Shown here in pieces: positions 7,173-16,455 of a stretch of DNA of 18,614 bases (position 1 is the first letter of the stretch; each line of letters begins with the position of its first letter). The stretch lies in the NCBI GenBank assembly GCA_022560555.1, contig JADFSZ010000011.1, positions 1-18,614 on the forward strand, given 5' to 3'. Position numbers and translations under genes: made by a program. Source of the DNA: PVC group bacterium (GTDB lineage: Bacteria > GCA-001730085 > JADFSZ01). The notes beneath the pieces are model-generated. The model was not told the origin of the DNA, did no database searches, and worked only from the letters and a program-made list of their open reading frames with translations.

Positions 7173-7409
7173 ATGCGAACAAGAATCATTCGTAAGAGAA
7201 AGACGGAATCAGCCGCGCAGACGAAGAGAAAAATCGCGATCACAAAGACCAACCGTATCAAAAAAATTCGCGGTAACGGTTCATCGGTAAACTTTACCGA
7301 AAAAGTTCAGCAGCAAGCGTACTGGTTGTTTATTGAGCGTGGAAAAGAACATGGCCATGATCAAGAAGACTGGGCCGAAGCAGAAAGACTTGTGAAAGTC
7401 GACACATAG
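7173..7409 (+). CDS. Small basic DUF2934-family protein
   Basis: 78 aa with GAAGGGGG upstream of the ATG. A Lys/Arg-rich N-terminal half is followed by QQQAYWLFIERGKEHGHDQEDWAEAERLV, which fits the DUF2934 pattern (AYxxW..G.P.G.D..DW..AE). I prefer it to the overlapping 7096-7290 ORF. Confidence 0.7.
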   Translation: MRTRIIRKRKTESAAQTKRKIAITKTNRIKKIRGNGSSVNFTEKVQQQAYWLFIERGKEHGHDQEDWAEAERLVKVDT

Positions 7410-7466
7410 TTTTTTGTATGGATAATGCACATCTTTCCTATTCATCCGCGGAGGGTAAGCGTTTTA

Positions 7467-7479
7467 TAGGGAATCCCTA
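7467..7479. promoter_or_regulatory. Palindrome upstream of glgP; possible operator
   Basis: TAGGGA-A-TCCCTA, two perfect 6-nt arms around a single central base, 48 nt upstream of the glgP ATG. Confidence 0.25.
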
Positions 7480-7526
7480 GAGCCGGAAAAGAGCATCTGA
7501 GGACAAAGGGGGTTTTTACGCCCACC

Positions 7527-10007
7527 ATGAAAAAAATACAACACAAAAAAATCCTCCTTGAAGCTCACAAAAACGACCCAAAATCTATCGCGGCATCTTT
7601 TCTTTATAATCTGGAGCAGAAATTAGCCAAAGACGAATACTCCGCGACAGAACTGGATTGTTTTTTGGCCTTGGCGTACACCATTCGGGATCGTCTTGTT
7701 TCGAATTGGATCAAGACCCAGCAGTCCTATCACCACAAAAATGTCAAACGTGTTTATTATTTCTCGTTTGAATACCTGATCGGAAGAACGCTCGGCAACA
7801 GTCTTTTGAATCTCGGGCTCGAAGAGACGTGTGACAAGGCGATGAAATTATTAGATTTGGATGTTGATCAGCTGCGGGATGTTGAGGTGGACGCGGCTCT
7901 GGGTAACGGCGGCCTGGGACGGCTCGCGGCCTGTTTTTTAGATTCGATGGCGACGCTGGAAATTCCGTCGCACGCCTATGGTATCCGTTACGAGTACGGG
8001 ATGTTCAACCAGGAGATCCAAAACGGATGGCAGGTTGAAAAACCAGAAGAATGGTTGAAATTTTCCAATCCGTGGGAAATCGCGCGGCCCGAATACACGT
8101 ATCGCGTCAAATTTTACGGAACAACACGCTGCGAAAAACGAAAGAACGGCACATGGGAATTTTTCTGGGAAAACACGGATGATGTGTACGCTCTTCCTTA
8201 CGACACACCGGTCCCCGGATACGCGACCAAGAACGTGAACACGATGCGGCTGTGGGCCGCTGTGGCCACCGAAGAGTTTGATATGGATTATTTTAACAGC
8301 GGCGATTATATGGCCGCGTGTGAAAAGAAGGCCATGACGGAAAATATTTCACGCGTTTTATATCCGAATGATTCCATGTTTGCGGGAAGAGAATTACGTC
8401 TTAAGCAACAGTATTTTTTTGTCACGGCGTCTTTACAGGATATTTTGAGACGGTTTAAAGCCGAAAATAAACACCTGAAATATTTCCCCGACAAGGCCGT
8501 CATTCAGCTCAATGACACTCATCCGGCTGTCGCGATTCCGGAATTGATGCGGATACTGATGGATCAAGAGCTTCTTTCTTGGAATCAGGCCTGGGACATC
8601 ACGATACGGACATTTGCGTATACAAATCATACCATTTTGTCCGAGGCCCTGGAGGCGTGGTCGATTCCTTTGTTTGAGAGGCTGCTGCCCCGGCATATGC
8701 AAATTATTTACGAAATCAATCATCGATTTTTAAAAGAAGTCCTAAAACAATATCCGGGGGACATAGAACGTATCCGGAGGATGTCGCTCATTGAGGAGGA
8801 AGACCCCAAAAGAATCCGCATGGCGCATTTGTCCATTGTCGGATCGCGATCCATCAACGGGGTATCGAAGCTTCACACAAAAATACTCAAAGAAAAAATA
8901 TTCCATGATTTTTATCAATTGTATCCCGAGAGGTTCAACAACAAAACAAACGGGATTACACAACGACGCTGGCTTAAAAAATCTAATCCCCGATTGGCGG
9001 ATCTGATCACCGGAAAAATCGGAAACAAATGGATATCGGATTTATCGTGCTTAAAAAAAATATCCAAGTATGCCGGCAATAAATCCTTTCATAAGGAATG
9101 GCAAAAAATTAAATATGCGAATAAAAAGAGTCTGGCAGATATTATCTACGATACAGTGTCTATTCGTGTGGATCCTAACAGTCTGTTTGACGTTCAGATT
9201 AAACGTTTCCACGAATACAAACGCCAGCTCTTGTTTGCGTTTTACGCCATCGGGATGTACATCCGGATTAAAGAATCGCATGAAAATATTGAAATCCCTC
9301 GCACGTTGATTGTGGCCGGAAAATCAGCTCCGGGATACACATTCGCGAAGCTAGTCATAAAGCTTATTAACAATATCTCGTTTGTGATCAATCAGGACTC
9401 TGATGTAAGGGATCTTTTAAAAGTTGTGTTTTTGCCGAATTACCGGGTGAGTTTGGCCGAAAAAATATTTCCGGCGGCGGAACTCTCGGAACAGATTTCC
9501 ACAGCCGGATTTGAAGCGTCCGGCACGGGTAATATGAAATTTGCCTTGAACGGAGCTCTGACGATCGGTACATTGGATGGAGCGAACATTGAAATACAAG
9601 AAGAAGTGGGTGAAGAAAATATTTTTATATTCGGGCACACGGCCCAAGAGATCGAGGGCTTGAAAAACAAGGGATATCAACCCGAAGGCTTTCTCAAGGA
9701 TTCGCCTCTTTTACAAGAAGTTCTTAAACTCATCCAAGGCGATCTTTTTTGTCCGGGCGAGCCCGGGATTTTTCAGCCGATTGCGGACAGATGTACCCGC
9801 GACGGGGATCCTTACATGGTCTTAGCCGATTTTGACAAATATATTTCCTGTCAGGAGCGTGTTTCAAAAGCCTATCAGGACAAAGATTCTTGGACACGCA
9901 TGTCCATTCAGAATGTGGCTCATATGGGCAAATTTTCGTCTGATCGGACCATCAGAGAATACGCGCATGATATCTGGCACGTCAAACCCTCCCCGGTATC
10001 CAAATAA
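7527..10007 (+). CDS. glgP: Glycogen/maltodextrin phosphorylase (GT35)
   Basis: 826 aa. Motifs: FSFEYLIGR, LGNGGLGRLAACFLDS and NDTHPA. The pyridoxal-phosphate Lys motif is EASGTGNMKFALNGALTIGTLDGANIE. Confidence 0.95.
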   Translation: MKKIQHKKILLEAHKNDPKSIAASFLYNLEQKLAKDEYSATELDCFLALAYTIRDRLVSNWIKTQQSYHHKNVKRVYYFSFEYLIGRTLGNSLLNLGLEETCDKAMKLLDLDVDQLRDVEVDAALGNGGLGRLAACFLDSMATLEIPSHAYGIRYEYGMFNQEIQNGWQVEKPEEWLKFSNPWEIARPEYTYRVKFYGTTRCEKRKNGTWEFFWENTDDVYALPYDTPVPGYATKNVNTMRLWAAVATEEFDMDYFNSGDYMAACEKKAMTENISRVLYPNDSMFAGRELRLKQQYFFVTASLQDILRRFKAENKHLKYFPDKAVIQLNDTHPAVAIPELMRILMDQELLSWNQAWDITIRTFAYTNHTILSEALEAWSIPLFERLLPRHMQIIYEINHRFLKEVLKQYPGDIERIRRMSLIEEEDPKRIRMAHLSIVGSRSINGVSKLHTKILKEKIFHDFYQLYPERFNNKTNGITQRRWLKKSNPRLADLITGKIGNKWISDLSCLKKISKYAGNKSFHKEWQKIKYANKKSLADIIYDTVSIRVDPNSLFDVQIKRFHEYKRQLLFAFYAIGMYIRIKESHENIEIPRTLIVAGKSAPGYTFAKLVIKLINNISFVINQDSDVRDLLKVVFLPNYRVSLAEKIFPAAELSEQISTAGFEASGTGNMKFALNGALTIGTLDGANIEIQEEVGEENIFIFGHTAQEIEGLKNKGYQPEGFLKDSPLLQEVLKLIQGDLFCPGEPGIFQPIADRCTRDGDPYMVLADFDKYISCQERVSKAYQDKDSWTRMSIQNVAHMGKFSSDRTIREYAHDIWHVKPSPVSK

Positions 10008-10086
10008 GCCCATAAATCATCCCTTGTTTTAGGACGGAAACCATGTAAAATACGGGGCTTAACGGGTCCATACCTAAGGATAGTGC

Positions 10087-12042
10087 ATGGTGTATGAAGG
10101 ACATAAACGCGTTATTATTGAACACCTTAGGCCTCAGATTGACGGCGGCGAATTTCCGATCAAGCGGGTATTGGGCGAGCGAGTCAGGGTGGAGGCGGAT
10201 GTTTTTGCCGATGGGCATGAGCAACTGGCCGTTCTATTGATGTGGCGTCCAATGTCTGCCAAAACCTGGAAGACAAAACCCATGAGACCTCTTGCCAATG
10301 ATGTGTGGAGCGCGTCTTTTGTGTGCGAGGGCTTGGAGCCTTATGAATACACTGTGCGCGGATGGATGGATCATTATGAGACATGGCGCCTCAATTTAAT
10401 AAAAAAGATGGATGTCGGACAAGATATCAGTGTGGATTTAAGAATCGGGGCCGCATTTCTCAAGAAGGGGGTTAAACAAGCCAAAGGAAATAAAAAGAAA
10501 ATTTTAGAATCCATATTTAAAAAATTTAACATGCTCAAAAACGACAAAGCTATTCGTTTGTTTATCCAAAACGAGAAATACAATCAATCCATTCGTGAAT
10601 CTATCACTCCTTCTTTCATAACAGAATATAACAAGAAGCTTCAAGTTAAAGTTCATCGAACACGTGCCTTATTTAGCTCCTGGTACGAATTGTTTCCCCG
10701 CTCGACGAAAGAAAATTCACTCCAACACGGCACTTTTAAAGATTGTGAAAAGATTTTGCCCGATATCGCGGCTATGGGATTTGATGTTGTGTATTTTCCT
10801 CCGATCCATCCGATCGGTGTGACAAACCGCAAGGGAAAAAATAACGTGCTTGGGGCCGCGTCCGGTGATCCGGGCAGTCCGTGGGCCATTGGGAGCGCCG
10901 AAGGCGGACACAAATCGGTTCATCCCGAACTCGGCACAATAAAAGATTTTAGACGTCTTGTGAAAAAAACAAAATCCCTCGGTATGGAGATAGCTTTGGA
11001 TCTAGCGTTTCAGTGCTCACCGGATCATCCGTACGAAAACGAGCATCCCGAGTGGTTCAAATGGCGTCCGGACGGGACGGTGCAGTACGCTGAAAATCCT
11101 CCCAAAAAATATGAAGATATTATTCCTTTTAATTTTGAGACCCGGGATCAAAAAAATCTATGGAAGGAGCTCAAAAGCATTGTGGATTTTTGGATCGAGA
11201 AAGGTGTGCGCATTTTTCGTGTGGACAATCCGCACACAAAGCCGTATGTCTTTTGGCAGTGGCTGTTGGGGGAAGTTGAAAAATCACATCCTGATGTGAT
11301 TTTTCTCGCTGAGGCCTTTACCCGGCCCAAGATTATGCGTCATTTGGCCAAACTGGGATTTCACCAGTCTTATACTTATTTTACGTGGCGCACGACCAAA
11401 AAAGAATTTATCAAATATTTGACAGAGTTAACAAAAACAGAAGCTAAGGAATACTTTCGGCCGAATTTTTGGCCGAATACGCCGGATATTTTATCCATTT
11501 ATCTGCAGAACGCTGATCGAGCCGCTTTTGTGATCCGGCTTGTTTTGGCCGCGACCATGAGTAGTAATTACGGCATCTATGGGCCTGCGTATGAGTTGTG
11601 CGAAAATCAGCCTACTCCCGGTAAAGAAGAGTATGCGGATAATGAAAAGTATGAAATTAAGGATTGGCGCCTGGGGGCGGCGGATTCCATGAGGCCTTTT
11701 ATTACACAATTGAATCATATCCGTCGGAAGTATGATGCGTTTCAAACGACAAGAAACATTCGATTTCATCGATCTGAGAGCGAACACATATTATGCTATT
11801 CAAAAATGAGCCGGGACACCGCGGAAATTTTTATTGTGGTTGTCAATTTAGATCCCCAGGGCACGCAGTCAGGCTGGGTTGACATCCCCGTTTTAGATTG
11901 GGGATTTGATAAGGATCGACCCTATCAAGTTGAAGATGTTTTAACGGAAGTCAAAACCACGTGGACGAACGAGCGCAATATTGTGAAGCTCGATCCACGG
12001 AAGTGTCCCGCGCAAATTTTCAGGTTGGAAAAAATTTCCTAA
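10087..12042 (+). CDS. glgE: Alpha-1,4-glucan:maltose-1-phosphate maltosyltransferase
   Basis: 651 aa with AAGGA 6 nt upstream. The GlgE-specific N-terminal domain reads IEHLRPQIDGGEFPIKRVLGERVRVEADVFADGHE. Other motifs: WYELFPRS and VYFPPIHPIG. The nucleophile region is FRVDNPHTKP, the acid/base region is FLAEAFTRP, and QSYTYFTWR is present. Confidence 0.9.
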   Translation: MVYEGHKRVIIEHLRPQIDGGEFPIKRVLGERVRVEADVFADGHEQLAVLLMWRPMSAKTWKTKPMRPLANDVWSASFVCEGLEPYEYTVRGWMDHYETWRLNLIKKMDVGQDISVDLRIGAAFLKKGVKQAKGNKKKILESIFKKFNMLKNDKAIRLFIQNEKYNQSIRESITPSFITEYNKKLQVKVHRTRALFSSWYELFPRSTKENSLQHGTFKDCEKILPDIAAMGFDVVYFPPIHPIGVTNRKGKNNVLGAASGDPGSPWAIGSAEGGHKSVHPELGTIKDFRRLVKKTKSLGMEIALDLAFQCSPDHPYENEHPEWFKWRPDGTVQYAENPPKKYEDIIPFNFETRDQKNLWKELKSIVDFWIEKGVRIFRVDNPHTKPYVFWQWLLGEVEKSHPDVIFLAEAFTRPKIMRHLAKLGFHQSYTYFTWRTTKKEFIKYLTELTKTEAKEYFRPNFWPNTPDILSIYLQNADRAAFVIRLVLAATMSSNYGIYGPAYELCENQPTPGKEEYADNEKYEIKDWRLGAADSMRPFITQLNHIRRKYDAFQTTRNIRFHRSESEHILCYSKMSRDTAEIFIVVVNLDPQGTQSGWVDIPVLDWGFDKDRPYQVEDVLTEVKTTWTNERNIVKLDPRKCPAQIFRLEKIS

Positions 12043-12062
12043 TTCAAAAATCAAACGTTATT

Positions 12063-12641
12063 ATGAATCAAAAGCCGAGCAACAGTACGGGTGTTCAACA
12101 CGGTATCAGCCGTTTGACGGATGAAGATATTTTTTTATTTAAAAGCGGATCACACTTTCGCCTTTATGACAAATTGGGGGCCCATGTGATGGAGGTTGAC
12201 GGAGTCAAGGGGACCTTGTTTTCGGTATGGGCCCCGAGCGCGAAGGCTGTATCGGTAATCGGAGATTTTAACGCTTGGAATCCCACGGGACATCCGCTCA
12301 GTGTTCGCTGGGATGAATCGGGTATTTGGGAAGGGTTTGTTTCCGGAGTCAAGACAGGGATGTGCTACAAATATCGCGTTGAGTCCTGTAACGGTGATTT
12401 TACGGTTGATAAAGGTGATCCGTACGCTTATCTCTGGGAAGTACCGCCCAAAACAGCCTCGGTAGTTTGGAATCTTGAGTATGAGTGGCAGGATCAATCT
12501 TGGATGAACAAGCGAAAGGATCGAAACGCGCTCAACAGCCCCATGTCTGTTTATGAAGTGCATTTAGGGTCATGGAAACGAAAACCTGACAATCCGTTTC
12601 ATTCGCTTTCGTACCGTGAATTAGCCGAAGAGCTTCCCTAA
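12063..12641 (+). CDS. glgB: glgB N-terminal fragment (CBM48 region plus the first barrel strand); alternative representation of the same locus
   Basis: 192 aa from ATG 12063; the longer ORF start at 11961 overlaps the glgE 3' end. Motifs: LTDEDIFLFKSGSHFRLYDKLGAH, FSVWAPSAKAVSVIGDFNAWN, GIWEGFV, YKYRV and VYEVHLGSW. Confidence 0.75.
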   Translation: MNQKPSNSTGVQHGISRLTDEDIFLFKSGSHFRLYDKLGAHVMEVDGVKGTLFSVWAPSAKAVSVIGDFNAWNPTGHPLSVRWDESGIWEGFVSGVKTGMCYKYRVESCNGDFTVDKGDPYAYLWEVPPKTASVVWNLEYEWQDQSWMNKRKDRNALNSPMSVYEVHLGSWKRKPDNPFHSLSYRELAEELP

Positions 12642-12644
12642 TAT

Positions 12645-14003
12645 GTGAAAGACATGGGATTTACACATGTCGAATTGATGCCTGTGATGGAGCATCCGTT
12701 TTTTGGATCCTGGGGATATCAAGTCACGGGGTATTTTTCTCCGTCGAACAGATACGGAACGCCTCAGGATTTTATGTTTTTGGTCGACAGCTTTCATCAG
12801 AAGGATATTGGTGTGATCGTCGATTGGGTTCCGTCGCATTTTCCTTCGGATGAGCATGGACTCGTGTATTTTGACGGAACACATCTTTACGAACACGCCG
12901 ATTCGAAAAAGGGGTTTCACCCGGACTGGAGCAGTTATATTTACAATTACGGACGGAACGAGGTGAGAGCGTTTCTTGTGAGCAACGCCGTTTTTTGGCT
13001 GGATAAATACCATATCGACGGGCTGCGCGTGGACGCGGTGGCCTCATTGCTGTATTTAGATTATTCGAGAAAAGAAGGCGAGTGGATTCCCAATGAATAT
13101 GGCGGCCGCGAAAATTTAGAGGCGATCCATTTCTTAAAAACATTAAACGAAGAAGTATATTCATCTTTTCCGGATGTGCAGATGATTGCTGAAGAATCCA
13201 CCGCGTGGCCGATGGTATCCCGTCCGACGTATTTAGGCGGCCTCGGATTTGGTCTCAAATGGAACATGGGCTGGATGAATGACACGCTTCGGTATTTCTC
13301 GAAGGATCCTATTTATCGAAAACATCATCATAACGAATTAACGTTCAGTATGATTTACGCGTTTACGGAAAATTTTGTTTTGTCAATTTCGCATGATGAA
13401 ATGGTGCACGGAAAAAGATCATTGCTTAATAAAATGCCCGGGGATGATTGGCAAAAATTCGCTAATGTGCGGCTTCTTTTCGGTTACATGTTTTCTCACC
13501 CGGGAAAGAAACTGCTTTTTATGGGGTCTGAATTCGGCCAATGGGACGAGTGGAACCATGACGGGAGTTTGGACTGGTATTTATTGGAAACGCCACGGCA
13601 CGCCCATCTGCAAAGAACGCTAAAGGATCTGAATGCTATTTACAAGAGCCATCCGAGTTTGTATGAGGATGATTTTACGTCGGAAGGTTTTGAATGGATT
13701 GACGGCGGTGATTGGGAGTCGAGTATTATTTGTTTTTTAAGAAAGGACAAATTGGCTCGTGAGAAAATTATGTCTGTCTGTAATTTCACGCCGACCCCTC
13801 GCCATGATTATCGCGTGGGTGTAACTGACAGCGGGGAATGGGAGCAATTGTTTAACAGTGACGACACGAAATATGGCGGAAGCGGACTTGGAAATCCAAA
13901 AACTCTCATCGCCGAAGAACATGCTTGGCACGGACGGGATTTTTCCTTAGTGCTCACGCTGCCTCCTTTGTCAGTGATGTGGTTTAAAAAACAAATAAAA
14001 TAA
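12645..14003 (+). CDS. glgB: glgB C-terminal fragment (catalytic barrel and C-domain); alternative representation of the same locus
   Basis: 452 aa from GTG 12645, with the next ATG at 12654. Motifs: [30 protein letters not shown] (nucleophile Asp), IAEESTAWP (acid/base Glu) and SHDEMVHGK. Confidence 0.75.
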   Translation: MKDMGFTHVELMPVMEHPFFGSWGYQVTGYFSPSNRYGTPQDFMFLVDSFHQKDIGVIVDWVPSHFPSDEHGLVYFDGTHLYEHADSKKGFHPDWSSYIYNYGRNEVRAFLVSNAVFWLDKYHIDGLRVDAVASLLYLDYSRKEGEWIPNEYGGRENLEAIHFLKTLNEEVYSSFPDVQMIAEESTAWPMVSRPTYLGGLGFGLKWNMGWMNDTLRYFSKDPIYRKHHHNELTFSMIYAFTENFVLSISHDEMVHGKRSLLNKMPGDDWQKFANVRLLFGYMFSHPGKKLLFMGSEFGQWDEWNHDGSLDWYLLETPRHAHLQRTLKDLNAIYKSHPSLYEDDFTSEGFEWIDGGDWESSIICFLRKDKLAREKIMSVCNFTPTPRHDYRVGVTDSGEWEQLFNSDDTKYGGSGLGNPKTLIAEEHAWHGRDFSLVLTLPPLSVMWFKKQIK

Positions 14004-14016
14004 ATAAGTGGGTCGC

Positions 14017-16452
14017 ATGAGTCGTAAAAATATATGTATTCACGGACATTTTTATCAACCTCCGAGAGAAAATCCATGGCTCAATGAAGTGGAGCTTCAG
14101 GAGTCGGCCTACCCCTATCACGATTGGAATGATCGTATTACGGCCGAATGTTATTCCCGCAATGCCGCGTCGCGTATTTTAGGTTCGGACGGGCGTATCA
14201 TTGACATCGTTAACAATTACTCCCGGATGAGTTTTAATTTTGGCCCCACCTTGCTCCAATGGATGAAAAAAAAGAAGCCGGATGTTTACGAGGCGATTCT
14301 TCAGGCGGACAAGGAAAGCCAAAAACGGTTTTCCGGACACGGATCAGCGATCGCTCAAGCCTACAATCACATGATCATGCCTTTGGGGAACGACCGGGAT
14401 CGATGGACCCAGGTTGTTTGGGGCATTCGGGATTTTCAAGAGCATTTCAAAAGAGATCCCGAGGGCATGTGGCTTCCCGAGACGGCAGTGAATACCCCGA
14501 CATTAGAAGTTTTGGCCGAGAATGGAATAAAATTTACAATTTTGTCTCCCTCTCAAGCAAAGCGTGTCAGAAAGATGGGGGAGAAGTTCTTGGAAAACAC
14601 CGAGGGAGCTAAAGTAAATCCACGGCAGCCGTATTTGTGTCATCTTCCTTCGGGGCAGAGCATCGTTTTGTTTTTTTATGACGCTCCCGTGGCTCAAGCG
14701 ATCGCGTTTGAGCATTTACTTAAGGACGGGGAGCAGTTTGCCAACCGGCTTTTAAACGCGTTTGGCTCTGATGATACAATGTCAAGTTTGGTTCATGTGG
14801 CTACCGATGGAGAAACATACGGACACCATCATGATTTTGGTGAGATGGCTTTGTCGTACGCCCTGTATCAAATTGAACAAAACCCGGATGTGGATTTGAC
14901 GGTTTACGGAGAATATCTCGAGAAAAATCCTCCCGAGTGGGAGGCAGAAATACTCGAAGACACGGCGTGGAGTTGTTCTCATGGGGTGGGACGTTGGAAA
15001 AACGATTGCGGATGTTCAAGCGGACAGCATCCTGAATGGAATCAATTGTGGCGTGAGCCATTACGAAACGCTTTTGACTGGTTGAGAGAAGCTTTAGCAC
15101 AATTATATGAGACTAAGATGAGTTCCTATGTTTCAGATCCGTGGGATGTGCGGAATCAATATGTTGACGTAATATTGAGACGTGATGCAAAAGCAGCCGG
15201 CGGGTTCTTAAAAAAACACGCAAACCGGACATTAGAAAAAGATGATTATTCTCAGATGCTTCAGCTGTTAGAGATGTCTCATCATGCCATGTTGATGTAC
15301 ACCAGCTGCGGATGGTTTTTTGATGAAGTGACCGGGATTGAGACGATGCAGAATCTTTTTTACGCGGCACGGGCCATGCAGCTCGCTCAAAATTTGACGG
15401 GGCATTCCTTTGAAGACGAATTCATCCCTCTCTTGGAGAAGGTTCCCAGCAATGCCGCGGAATATAAAAATGCGGCTGAGGCGTATCAGTCAATTGTTCA
15501 GCCTGCTGTACTGGATTTGCTGCGTGTGGGCGGACATTACGCGGTCTCCAGCCTTTTTTCTGACTATCCTGATCGGATTCAAATTTTTAGTTACATGGCC
15601 GAATCCGATTCTCACAAAGTATTGGAAGCGGGAAAGCACCGGCTGGCTTTTGGCAAAACCAAACTTGTGTCTGATATTACGTGGGAAGAACGTTTGGTCA
15701 CGTTTGCGATATTGCATTTAGGTGAGCACAATCTTTGGGGAGGTGTCCGGGATTATCAGGATGACACAGCTTTTCATAAGATGTGTGAAGAGATCAGCCT
15801 GGTTTTCGAAAAAGGGGATGTCACACGGATGATTCAACTGATGGATAAACATTTTGGAAGTCACAGTTATTCATTCCGGCATCTTTTTCGTGATGAACAA
15901 AGAAAAATTATGGAACATGTCTTAGATAAATCGCGAGCGGAAGTTGAACATGCTTTAGCACAAGTCTATCGAAATCATTATCCTGTGATGCAAGCCGTAA
16001 GACAGCTTGGACTTCCCTTACCCAAAGCTCTCAAGATGACGAGTGAGTGTATCATTCACACGGAATTAAGAAAGATTCTTGAAAATAATGATCTTGATTT
16101 CGATGCCCTCGATCGAACGGTTGACGGAGTCAAAAATCTTTCGGTTGATCTTGATAAGATTACCCTTAATTATCTTGTGACCCGGTGTATTACGCGGATG
16201 ATGGAGAAGTGGTGTGATACACCCGAAGACACAATTCAAATGAAAAGCATGATCCGGTTTTTGGAAAAAATTCGGTTGATTCAGCTTGTGCCGAATTTGT
16301 GGAGGGCACAAAATTTATGTTTTTGGGTCGCGAAAAAAATGTATCAGCAATGCGAAGCCGGAGTCGATGAGGGAGATTTCGTGCGCCGGGAATGGTGCCA
16401 AGCGTTCTCGGAGCTGCTTGAGCGTCTTTATATTAAACTACGGGAAAAGTGA
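14017..16452 (+). CDS. Large GH57-family glycoside hydrolase with a long C-terminal (DUF3536-like) extension
   Basis: 811 aa from ATG 14017; an alternative GTG lies at 14008. GH57 signatures are HGHFYQPPRE, NHMIMPL, GMWLPETAV (nucleophile Glu region) and VATDGETYGHHH (acid/base Asp region). An unassigned C-terminal region of about 400 aa follows. Confidence 0.85.
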   Translation: MSRKNICIHGHFYQPPRENPWLNEVELQESAYPYHDWNDRITAECYSRNAASRILGSDGRIIDIVNNYSRMSFNFGPTLLQWMKKKKPDVYEAILQADKESQKRFSGHGSAIAQAYNHMIMPLGNDRDRWTQVVWGIRDFQEHFKRDPEGMWLPETAVNTPTLEVLAENGIKFTILSPSQAKRVRKMGEKFLENTEGAKVNPRQPYLCHLPSGQSIVLFFYDAPVAQAIAFEHLLKDGEQFANRLLNAFGSDDTMSSLVHVATDGETYGHHHDFGEMALSYALYQIEQNPDVDLTVYGEYLEKNPPEWEAEILEDTAWSCSHGVGRWKNDCGCSSGQHPEWNQLWREPLRNAFDWLREALAQLYETKMSSYVSDPWDVRNQYVDVILRRDAKAAGGFLKKHANRTLEKDDYSQMLQLLEMSHHAMLMYTSCGWFFDEVTGIETMQNLFYAARAMQLAQNLTGHSFEDEFIPLLEKVPSNAAEYKNAAEAYQSIVQPAVLDLLRVGGHYAVSSLFSDYPDRIQIFSYMAESDSHKVLEAGKHRLAFGKTKLVSDITWEERLVTFAILHLGEHNLWGGVRDYQDDTAFHKMCEEISLVFEKGDVTRMIQLMDKHFGSHSYSFRHLFRDEQRKIMEHVLDKSRAEVEHALAQVYRNHYPVMQAVRQLGLPLPKALKMTSECIIHTELRKILENNDLDFDALDRTVDGVKNLSVDLDKITLNYLVTRCITRMMEKWCDTPEDTIQMKSMIRFLEKIRLIQLVPNLWRAQNLCFWVAKKMYQQCEAGVDEGDFVRREWCQAFSELLERLYIKLREK

Positions 16453-16455
16453 TTC

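Larger units (their letters stand above)
12063..14003 (+). pseudogene. glgB: 1,4-alpha-glucan branching enzyme (GH13_9) interrupted by a single in-frame TAA at 12639-12641
   Basis: The ORFs 12063-12641 and 12645-14003 share one reading frame and are separated only by TAA-TAT. Read through, the sequence is [34 protein letters not shown], a continuous GlgB sequence. There are no frameshifts and all catalytic motifs are intact. Confidence 0.85.

Noticed and set aside
7096-7290. A 64-aa ORF overlapping the DUF2934 gene
   Set aside because: It has no motif or ribosome-binding site. The overlapping frame from 7173 carries the DUF2934 signature and a good ribosome-binding site, and the 7096 region fits better as that gene's promoter.
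11961-12062. The extended start of the glgB ORF overlapping the glgE 3' end
   Set aside because: The extension (MDERAQYCEARSTEV...) is the glgE 3' end read in another frame. GlgB homology begins after Met at 12063 (MNQKPSN...LTDEDIFLF).
12639-12641. Genome-wide reassignment of TAA (an alternative genetic code) as the explanation for the in-frame stop in glgB
   Set aside because: TAA ends at least eight other genes in this window at the C-terminal positions expected from homology: the OMP, nuoF-like, cdaA, GT4 synthase, glgC, glgP, glgE and glgB genes. TAA is therefore clearly read as stop in this genome.
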